A DNA stretch of 64,000 nt, taken from NCBI GenBank assembly GCA_045600525.1, contig JAZRYC010000010.1:406-64405 (forward strand). Reading direction: 5' to 3'. A model generated the notes under the pieces. That model was not told the DNA's origin and did no database searches. It was given only the letters and a program-made list of their open reading frames with translations. The translations under genes and the position numbers were made by a program. Positions 18,401 to 25,610 of this stretch are shown here, piece by piece. Within the stretch, counting starts at the first letter, position 1; each line of letters begins with the position of its first letter. Origin of the DNA: Bacteroidales bacterium (GTDB lineage Bacteria; Bacteroidota; Bacteroidia; Bacteroidales; WCHB1-69).

Positions 18401-21400
18401 CTGGTAACTCCTAATATAGATTTGAAAGATGCTACTTCTGCAGAATTGACCTTTGACTTGGCTGTGACAGATTATAACAGTGCAGCTCCAGCTGGTGCTG
18501 GCGAACCAGATGCCGATGACAGGTTTATGGTGATTGTTTCTACCGACGGCGGTCAGACCTGGGCCGAAACCAATGCCACTACCTGGGGCACAGGTGATGG
18601 TTGTGACTATGACCTCGCAGCTGTTTCCAATACTGGCGATTCCATTAAGGTGCCTTTGGATAGTTATCTCGGCGGTACGGTGATGATTGCCTTCTATGGT
18701 GCTTCCACATCCCCTGGCAGTGACTTTGACATCCATGTGGATAATGTGAAAGTGGCTCCTATTTACAACTGCCCCGAACCTACTAATCTACTGACATCCA
18801 ACATTACGGCAGTATCTGCCGACATTGCATGGACGCCTGCAGATACTGCCACCTCCTGGCAGTATGTCTGTGTGGCAGCAGGTACCACCCCGGATTGGAG
18901 CACTGCGACAACGGTGACCACTCCATCTGCATCCCTTTCTGGCTTGTCTGTCAGTACAAATTATGACGTTTACGTGCGTACCTACTGCAGCGCGGAAGAT
19001 CAGAGCGGAGCGGTGAATGTATCTTTTACAACACCGTGCTATTACAATATCCCCTTCGCTGAAAACTTCAACACATCTACCGTTGGCATTCCAGACTGCT
19101 GGGATAATTCAGAAGGTACTACGACATATGACCTATCTAAATGGAACCCTTACCAGTACGGTTATGAGCAAGGTGGATTGAGATTTAATTCCTATGCGAA
19201 CGCTAATGGCAATACTAATTTGTTGGCAACGCCTGTGATTCATCTTTCCGCACCGTCTCAACTCACCTTCATGTATAAAAATCCTACGGATGGAGACTTC
19301 TCTATATTGATTTCTAATAATGGTGGAGCTACTAGACAGACGTTAACCTCTGGCTTAACTAACACTGCTGATTGGACTGCAGACACTATTCTTTTGACTG
19401 ATTATACTAATGATGACGTTATCATATACTTTAAAGGCACTTCCAATTATGCATCGGGTGATGCCTTCATCTATTTGGATAACGTTTTGGTTGATGCTGT
19501 GCCTAAGTGTCTGAACCCCTTAGACCTCGTCGCTTCTGAGCCCACAGCCTCTTCTATGAAATTGGCTTGGACAGACCAAGATGGAATGCCGGTGGATAGC
19601 TATACGATTGCCTACGGCTTGGCTGAAACCTTCAATCGCGATTCTGCCGCCACCTACACCTTAGTGGAAAATGTGAACAATCCTTATACCTTAGAATCTC
19701 TTAGTGCATCAACTTCTTATACTTTCATGGTGAAGGCCAACTGTAGCGAAGAAAACAGTAACTGGTCCGAAACTTACACTTTCAAAACATCCTGCCCGGC
19801 AGTTCAAAATATCACGTACTCTGATCTTGCGTCCAATTCTGTGACGATTTCATGGAACCGTGGACAAAATGGCGAAGAAACCCAATGGGAAGTGGGCGTG
19901 GTTGGCAACAACAACCTCGTATGGACCGTTGACGACAGTACCGCTTTTGTTTACGGCCTCTCTCCTATAACTGATTACGAAATCTACGTCTCCCCTGTAT
20001 GCGACATTACGCCTGAAATTGGTGAAACAGTGTTGATTACTACGGATACTACGAACTTTATTATTGGCGAATGCCCTATAGTGGCCGATGGGTCGAAGGA
20101 GTACTATCGGACTCCAATTTTTGGATCTAGTTGCAATGATCGTCAACATAGTCAATCAATCTATCCTGCCGAAATGCTGACTGAATTGCAAGGCAAGACC
20201 ATTGTCAGCTTGAAATACTTTTCCTCTACGACTAATTCTAATCCCGTAAATGGCAGCTGGAATGGTGTTTTTACAATAAAGATGCAAATCACAAATGAGG
20301 ATAGTTTCTCCGACACTTTAATTTCAAATGATGAGGGCACTACCGTTTATACTGGAGATTTGCAAATAACGAATAGAGAAATGGAAATCACGTTGGATAG
20401 ACCATTTGTTTACACAAGCGGTAATCTACTGATTGATATTGACTTGCCTGAACCAGCCAACTTTCTTCCATGCTTGTTCTATGGAATAGAAACTGAAAAT
20501 ACCAGTAGTATATGTTTAACTTATAATTATAATTGGAACTATATGTACTACAGTAAATTCCTTTCCAAGGTTCAGTTCTGCTGCGTTTCCGATTCCTGTC
20601 TGAATGTTACGCGCTTAGCCGTTTCAGATATAACCGCACATGAAGCACACGCTTCCTGGTACCCGGGCGGTAGCGAAACCGCATGGAATCTCGTTTATTC
20701 TACAAGCGAGTTGTCTGAAGAAGAATTGAACAGCGCTCCTGCTGAACACCTCACAGCTCCATACTTTGACTTTACAGATCTTGATTTTGCCACCAACTAT
20801 TACGTATATGTCCAAGCCGATTGCGGCAGTGGGAATGTGAGCAGTTGGGAATCCACTTCGTTCACCACCCTTTGCGGAACATTCGTCGTAACAGCAGAAA
20901 ACCCATTCATAGAAGATTTTGAAGACGGCGTTTTCCCACCTTCTTGTTGGAGCGATATTAAAGATAGTACTTATTCTTGGACAAATAATATTCATTCCCA
21001 ACATCCGTCTCCTTCAGCCTTTAGTGGTTTTTCCGGTGATATTTATTTGATTACACTACCTATCTCCCTGCCTGAAGATATGCCCGCCATCTTGTCTTTT
21101 GAATCATTCAATTCCTATCCTTCCGATTATGGCAGAAACAATGTCTTGATTTCTACTACAGGAACGGATATTTCTGACTTTACGAATGTCTGGTCACCCA
21201 ACACGATAGAAGCACGTGGTATAGACACCATTTCCTTGACAGACTACAACGGGCAAACCATTTATATCGCATTCAGGCATGAAGGATTGCGTTCTAATGG
21301 CTGGTATGTAGACAATGTCAAGGTTGAAACTATTGATATACCTTGCCAGGTTCCTACATCCTTAGCTTCTAACAAGATTACATATAAATCCGCCACCCTC

Positions 21401-24400
21401 TCCTGGACAAGCAACAATTCTCTTCTGGCTCATCAATACGTCGTGGCATATGGTCCTTCCAACAACTTCAATCTCAACAACAATGCCACCTACACTACAG
21501 ATACCGTAGCAACCAACGAATTGGCCTTGACCGGACTCACCGCCAACACCGAATACACCTTCGCGGTGAAAGCCCTCTGTTTTATTGAAGATGAAAGCGA
21601 CTGGTCTAATTCAACAACTTTCACTACCTGCTGCGAACCATTGGCCGTAACGGTGGAGCATCCATTTGTGGAAGACTTTGAAAATAGCTATGTGTTCCCT
21701 CCTGCCTGCTGGAGTCAAATTTCTAAAGATAATGATCATTATTGGAGTAAGGCTAATAGCTCTACTTCACCAGGCTGTCATGGAAAATATCATGCTTATA
21801 GCGGTTTCAATGGTGATATTTATCTGATTACTCCTGCCCTGGTCCTTCCTGAACGTGGTAAAGCACGACTGTCAATCTTTACTCGTTATGAGGGCTCCAA
21901 CCACGACAATAATAGTGTTCTTATTTCCACTACAGGCACTGAAGCCGATGACTTCACTTCAATTTACGTACATCCTAGTGAATTAAATTGGTACAATATG
22001 ACAGAGACCGTTAACTTAGATGATTATGCTGGTGATACTATCTATATCGCATTCAGGCACAACAAAGATGTAGATGATATTGATTATTACAATACCTGGC
22101 ACTTGGATGATATTACTGTCGAAATTATTCCAGAGCCTTGCGAAATTCCCTCCTCTTTAGCTGCGGAAGATGTAACACTCAACTCCGCCACTCTCTCTTG
22201 GACAGACAACAACACCACATCCGCTCCTCGATATGCTGTGGCTTACGGTCCTTCCGCCAACTTCAATCTCAACAACAACGCCACCTACACTACGGATACC
22301 GTAACAACCAACGAATTGGCTTTGACCGGACTCACTGCCAATACCGAATACACCTTCGCAGTGAAGGCCCTCTGTGCTGAAGGAGATGAAAGCGATTGGT
22401 CTGAGCAAGCCACCTTCCAAACCTTGGTGGATCCTTGTGCGATGCTTACCCTCGTAGCATCAGCCGATGAAACAGAAGTCTGCGAGGGCAGTGCCATGAC
22501 ATTGCGCGCCACATCAAATTCCAGCGACGTCACCTACCAATGGCATTCCAACGCAACTCCGACAAACACCTACGATGGCGACACCTGGTATTTTGAACAG
22601 GTCACGCAGGCAAATGCCGGTACTTATATCGTAGCCATCAATGACAGCGTTACTGGTTGTGAAATGACAGACACTGTGATCGTAACGGTGAAACCGCTAC
22701 CTGTGGTTGAAACAATTACTCAAAGCATCACACAAGGACAATCCGTTGATTTGGACACCTGCTTGTCAAACGTGGATGCCGGCACAACGATTTCATGGTA
22801 CGATGGTGAAATTCTTCTTTCTTCAAGCATCGTTACGCCCAATGCCTCCACTACCTACTACGCCGTTGGTGAATTGAATGGTTGCGAAAGTGAACCTGTT
22901 GCCCTCATCATCAATATGGACAACATATATGTCGTAACCCTCAACCAGCCAGAGGCCGGCGGCCATATTGAATCCGATACGGCCTTCGCTACAGCTGGTG
23001 AGACCATCACGCTTAGTGCCACCCCAGACAATGGATACCATTTTGCTTCTTGGACGGTAACCAATGACAATGACACCATATCTGTCAATGAGGACAACGA
23101 ATTTATCATGCCCGCAAACAATGTGACGGTTTCCGCCACCTTTGAACCGAATGTATATAATATTACATATGTATTGTTCGGCGGCACTATAAATAGTGAT
23201 AATGTGGAAACTTATACCTATGGCGTAGGAGCCACCCTCCCAACCGATGTCACCAAAACAGGTTACACTTTTGCCGGATGGTATGACAATCCTGATCTGA
23301 CAGGGACTGCAATTACCGCCATTGGAGCCACAGACTCCCATGACACCACCTTCTATGCCAAATGGGATACCACCAAATCCTACGTGCTGACCATCAACTA
23401 TCAATATGCTGACGGCACTATTGCAAGTACTGCATACACAGATACCTTAGACAATAACACCGACTACGCCGTTCCTTCTCCAACCATCGCCACCTATATG
23501 CCGGATATGGATACCGTAAAGGGTACGATGGGTACTGAAAACGTTACCTTGTCTGTTACCTATAGTCAAGTTGTGATGGACACCGTCGTCAGCCTGATTG
23601 TCTGCAACAACAACGCAACTGGTGATATAGACTTCCACTCATCTGTCAGCGAATCCATGACTTATAATTGGATCAATGATGAAACCAGTATCGGCTTAGA
23701 CGCCGAAGGTTCCGATACCATCAAGAGCTTTACGGCTATAAACAATACGGAAGAACCCGTATCGGCAACCATCACCGTAACTCCTACCTGCACCCAGAAC
23801 GGCATACAGTACGTTGGTGTTCCAAGAACCTTCACCATCACGGTTAATCCTACCTACGTCACGGAGTTTACCCAAAGCGCTTGTGACAGTTTTGTATGGG
23901 AAGGTATTACCTACAATACCGAAGGTCTCAACGACTATACGAGAACCCTTACTGACGCCTACGGATGCGATTCCATCGTCACCATGCACTTGACCATCTT
24001 CAAAACTCCTACCTCGATGAAATTCGACATTACAGACAACACCACGTGCACGGGAACCCCGACTGGCGCAATCAATGTCACCAGCCCGACAGGCGACTTT
24101 GAATATTCCATTGATGGAACTACTTTCCAAACTGCCACTTTGTTCGAACAACTTAATAACGACACTTACACGGTATATGTTCGTCCAACGGGATCAACCT
24201 GCGTTTACCAACAAACGGCAACGGTTGAAAATACGAACACCTATCCTACTGCTGTACTCAATGTGAACAATGACCTTGTATGCGTTGATGGCAGCATTGA
24301 TTTGAGCAGTGAGGGTTCCGACACGGGCGATGACATCACCTACTCTTGGAGCGGTCCTAATGAATATTCTTCTTCCGAGGCCAATCCGTCCATCCCTGTT

Positions 24401-25366
24401 ACATCGGGAAGCCAAACTGGAACATATACCTTGACGGTCACCAATACCTCAACAAACTGCAGCAGCTCAACCGACACCGTGATTACTGTGAATGATCCTG
24501 ATAATGCCGATTATGATTTCTCTATCACCTGCGCTCCTGAAGCTTTCGCTTATATCGACAATTCTGGGTCCGCGACTATCACACTCGTCAATCCAACCGT
24601 CAACCACTATTTGGAAAATACTATCGCCAACTATGTCTCCCTTTCCGTGACATTAACCAACGACGCACCTGAGTCTTACACTACGCCAGGTTCCTATAAC
24701 ATCACCTGGACGGCTACTGACAACTGCGGAAATACGGCCACCTGCATACAACCCGTTACTATTGCCTATACAGAATGCCCCGATGTACAAGACTTTGAGG
24801 GCAATACCTACCGATCCGTCAGAATTGGCCATACTTGCTGGATGGCAGACAACCTTCGTTCTTCCTACTACTACGATGGAAGACCTATTTCCAATGTAAT
24901 GTCCTATTCCTGCAACTTATATCCTGATGCCAACGCCAACGCAGCTACTTTCGGATACCTTTACGATTGGTACGCTGCCATGGATACCGCAACAGGTATG
25001 ACCCCCAACGAAAACGGAAATTTGCGCGGCATCTGTCCTGATGGTTGGGTACTCCCTACCGCCGAACAATTTGCAGCCCTCGCTGATGATAATTCCCCAT
25101 TTACCATGGACGACTTTAGAGTAAATGGTATGTGGTTGGACGGCGGCGGAAACAACAGCACAGGAATGTCTCTCCTGCCTAGTGGTTATTACAACGGCTA
25201 TTACGACCGATATGAAAACCTCTATGGTGAAGCCTATTTCTGGAGTTATAACGATGCTGCTCCATCCGAGCCAAAGACCTTCTGGGCTGACTGCCACTGC
25301 TACATGTTCAAGATCGTTGACAACCATGCCCGCTATGGATGCAGCGTGAGATGCGTAAAAGAATAA
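15095..25366 (+). CDS. giant surface protein, main body (3,423 aa from the first ATG; frame open from 14945)
   Basis: Contains repeated Fn3 domains and repeated MAM-like/choice-of-anchor-J-type domains (FPFSETFE..WLVTPNIDL..HVDNVKV). Also Ig-like modules, Listeria-Bacteroides repeats (YTFAGWYDNPDLTG), a SprB-type repeat and a HYR-like module (TWTATDNCGNTATC). The C-terminus is a FISUMP domain (FEGNTYRSVRIGHTCWMADNL...CSVRCVKE). This ORF has no signal peptide. Confidence 0.7.
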   Translation: MIFNSCYNPRGNTNLLATPAIHLSAPSQLTFMYKNPMGGDFSILISNDGGATKQTLASDLTNTDTWTEKTILLTDYTNDDVILYFKGTSNYNWTSGDSYIYLDNVLVDTTPNCVNPIDLVASEPTTSSVKLAWTDKNETPANSYTVAYGSVATFDLEDPTTYSTTTANTNPFTLTDLNAYTNYKFAVRANCGGNEYSEWSETARAQTKLTPSDCDPASYRQFVLGTGSSAANTIPGYMVASFSKGNSWTIYPASELIANDVYDGLVKGVAYQATTTASVESIKIYMANTDMTSFSNPSDTISRNDMTLVYSGPVDFAANEWTEIAFNNAFSYDGHSNIVILFCRESAIPNDISCYYTIADLTPTFCYSKSGTRLASHTLDVRPNTRFTMCVNEPSCFKVEEISADSIRSTSIDLSWKDTRNTGASYTVEYGLAGFTQGEGTVVSNINTLHTTIENLSPATNYDFYVTPNCGSSDNGESKMLSVSTIYGFPFSETFETSDLPADWTRLSGDTANPVSTTSGWVSSNIALDDYHFKINIYNTDKYWLVTPNIDLTDATSAELTFDMAVTAYNFTARPSGIGADSDDRFMVIVSTDGGQTWDKTNATTWGYGYWNNTDYDLTVVSNTGDYVKVPLDSYIGGTVMIAFYGASTTPGSDFDIHVDNVKVAPASNCLKPIDLIASEPSPSSINLAWTDQDETPSGHYTVAYGPAETFDLEDQTTYSTTTANTNPFTLTGLNAYTNYKFAVRANCGNNEYSEWSATIKALTTPDCDPAAYQQFVLGTESYLSFNIPGNMAADCPKADSWTIYPASELIANNAYEGLVKGVAYQAITTASVESIKIYMANTNKTSFSSSSDTISRNDMTLVYSGPVDFVANEWTEIAFDNAFSHDGHSSIALLFCRESAVTTYISFSYTSVSSSSVYYYPLSNGSHFASTASNRPNTRFTMCVEEPSCFPVDEISADNISSTSLNLSWKDTRNAGASYTVEYGLAGFTQGEGTVVSNINTLHTTIENLSPATNYDFYVTPNCGSSDNGISRMSSVSTIYAFPFSETFETSAILPTDWTRLSGAAFVATDPVSATSGWVPSNIALDGYHFKINIYYTDKYWLVTPNIDLKDATSAELTFDLAVTDYNSAAPAGAGEPDADDRFMVIVSTDGGQTWAETNATTWGTGDGCDYDLAAVSNTGDSIKVPLDSYLGGTVMIAFYGASTSPGSDFDIHVDNVKVAPIYNCPEPTNLLTSNITAVSADIAWTPADTATSWQYVCVAAGTTPDWSTATTVTTPSASLSGLSVSTNYDVYVRTYCSAEDQSGAVNVSFTTPCYYNIPFAENFNTSTVGIPDCWDNSEGTTTYDLSKWNPYQYGYEQGGLRFNSYANANGNTNLLATPVIHLSAPSQLTFMYKNPTDGDFSILISNNGGATRQTLTSGLTNTADWTADTILLTDYTNDDVIIYFKGTSNYASGDAFIYLDNVLVDAVPKCLNPLDLVASEPTASSMKLAWTDQDGMPVDSYTIAYGLAETFNRDSAATYTLVENVNNPYTLESLSASTSYTFMVKANCSEENSNWSETYTFKTSCPAVQNITYSDLASNSVTISWNRGQNGEETQWEVGVVGNNNLVWTVDDSTAFVYGLSPITDYEIYVSPVCDITPEIGETVLITTDTTNFIIGECPIVADGSKEYYRTPIFGSSCNDRQHSQSIYPAEMLTELQGKTIVSLKYFSSTTNSNPVNGSWNGVFTIKMQITNEDSFSDTLISNDEGTTVYTGDLQITNREMEITLDRPFVYTSGNLLIDIDLPEPANFLPCLFYGIETENTSSICLTYNYNWNYMYYSKFLSKVQFCCVSDSCLNVTRLAVSDITAHEAHASWYPGGSETAWNLVYSTSELSEEELNSAPAEHLTAPYFDFTDLDFATNYYVYVQADCGSGNVSSWESTSFTTLCGTFVVTAENPFIEDFEDGVFPPSCWSDIKDSTYSWTNNIHSQHPSPSAFSGFSGDIYLITLPISLPEDMPAILSFESFNSYPSDYGRNNVLISTTGTDISDFTNVWSPNTIEARGIDTISLTDYNGQTIYIAFRHEGLRSNGWYVDNVKVETIDIPCQVPTSLASNKITYKSATLSWTSNNSLLAHQYVVAYGPSNNFNLNNNATYTTDTVATNELALTGLTANTEYTFAVKALCFIEDESDWSNSTTFTTCCEPLAVTVEHPFVEDFENSYVFPPACWSQISKDNDHYWSKANSSTSPGCHGKYHAYSGFNGDIYLITPALVLPERGKARLSIFTRYEGSNHDNNSVLISTTGTEADDFTSIYVHPSELNWYNMTETVNLDDYAGDTIYIAFRHNKDVDDIDYYNTWHLDDITVEIIPEPCEIPSSLAAEDVTLNSATLSWTDNNTTSAPRYAVAYGPSANFNLNNNATYTTDTVTTNELALTGLTANTEYTFAVKALCAEGDESDWSEQATFQTLVDPCAMLTLVASADETEVCEGSAMTLRATSNSSDVTYQWHSNATPTNTYDGDTWYFEQVTQANAGTYIVAINDSVTGCEMTDTVIVTVKPLPVVETITQSITQGQSVDLDTCLSNVDAGTTISWYDGEILLSSSIVTPNASTTYYAVGELNGCESEPVALIINMDNIYVVTLNQPEAGGHIESDTAFATAGETITLSATPDNGYHFASWTVTNDNDTISVNEDNEFIMPANNVTVSATFEPNVYNITYVLFGGTINSDNVETYTYGVGATLPTDVTKTGYTFAGWYDNPDLTGTAITAIGATDSHDTTFYAKWDTTKSYVLTINYQYADGTIASTAYTDTLDNNTDYAVPSPTIATYMPDMDTVKGTMGTENVTLSVTYSQVVMDTVVSLIVCNNNATGDIDFHSSVSESMTYNWINDETSIGLDAEGSDTIKSFTAINNTEEPVSATITVTPTCTQNGIQYVGVPRTFTITVNPTYVTEFTQSACDSFVWEGITYNTEGLNDYTRTLTDAYGCDSIVTMHLTIFKTPTSMKFDITDNTTCTGTPTGAINVTSPTGDFEYSIDGTTFQTATLFEQLNNDTYTVYVRPTGSTCVYQQTATVENTNTYPTAVLNVNNDLVCVDGSIDLSSEGSDTGDDITYSWSGPNEYSSSEANPSIPVTSGSQTGTYTLTVTNTSTNCSSSTDTVITVNDPDNADYDFSITCAPEAFAYIDNSGSATITLVNPTVNHYLENTIANYVSLSVTLTNDAPESYTTPGSYNITWTATDNCGNTATCIQPVTIAYTECPDVQDFEGNTYRSVRIGHTCWMADNLRSSYYYDGRPISNVMSYSCNLYPDANANAATFGYLYDWYAAMDTATGMTPNENGNLRGICPDGWVLPTAEQFAALADDNSPFTMDDFRVNGMWLDGGGNNSTGMSLLPSGYYNGYYDRYENLYGEAYFWSYNDAAPSEPKTFWADCHCYMFKIVDNHARYGCSVRCVKE
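15428..17098 (+). repeat. tandem repeat unit B1 (1,671 bp: Fn3 - unknown domain - Fn3 - MAM-like domain)
   Basis: Offset of exactly 1,671 bp to B2. I counted 7 mismatches and no indels in the 150 nt at 15551-15700 versus 17222-17371. Confidence 0.9.
17099..18766 (+). repeat. tandem repeat unit B2 (1,668 bp)
   Basis: Directly abuts B1 and has the same domain order. The alternative-frame ORFs 16407..16616 and 17844..18281 are duplicates caused by this repeat. Confidence 0.9.
18767..19504 (+). repeat. repeat module A2 (intact copy of A1)
   Basis: YNCPEPTNLLTSNITAVSADIAWTP...PFAENF...DCWDNSEG...YLDNVLVD parallels A1 throughout in a single frame. Confidence 0.8.
20873..21631 (+). repeat. repeat module C1 (MAM-like domain + Fn3)
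   Basis: NPFIEDFEDGVFPPSCW...YLITLPISLP...NVKVE + CQVPTSLAS...TEYTFAVKALC is paralogous to C2. Confidence 0.75.
21632..22435 (+). repeat. repeat module C2
   Basis: HPFVEDFENSYVFPPACW...YLITPALVLP...DITVE + CEIPSSLAA...TEYTFAVKALC. The Fn3 parts are close to identical at the DNA level (aacttcaatctcaacaacaa...). Confidence 0.75.
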
Positions 25367-25389
25367 TTAATTCTTAATTTCATATTTTA

Positions 25390-25417
25390 GGGGACGTTTT
25401 ATGCGTCCCCTTTTTTT
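25390..25417 (+). terminator. rho-independent terminator of the giant gene
   Basis: Stem ggggacg/cgtcccc, 7-nt loop, T7 run, 24 nt after the stop at 25366. Confidence 0.75.
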
Positions 25418-25555
25418 ATCTTCATATTACTAGTGTTGCGATAAATTTTGAAAAGTTCTTATAAATTATTGCTATAACATAAGATACAAAGCTATTATCA
25501 TCAATCATTTTGCCTTGAAGGGATCCCTTCACATGACATCAAAGGAATCATACCT

Positions 25556-25588
25556 AAAAAAAAGGATGGCCCAATGGACCATCCTTTT
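25556..25588 (-). terminator. rho-independent terminator of gcvP (minus strand)
   Basis: Stem ggatgg..cc/gg..ccatcc. On the minus strand it is followed by a U-run (A8 at 25556-25563 on the plus strand). It lies just downstream of the stop at 25611. Confidence 0.65.
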
Positions 25589-25610
25589 CAAATATGAGAA
25601 ATAATCGTCA

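Larger units (their letters stand above)
14157..25366 (+). pseudogene. giant multidomain surface/adhesin-like gene (about 3,736 codons if joined), interrupted by a 1-nt frameshift near 14943-14946
   Basis: Frame 0 carries the signal peptide. Frame 2 is open from 14945 to 25366. Similarity to the internal paralog at 18767-19504 crosses from frame 0 to frame 2 at 14945. Confidence 0.55.
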
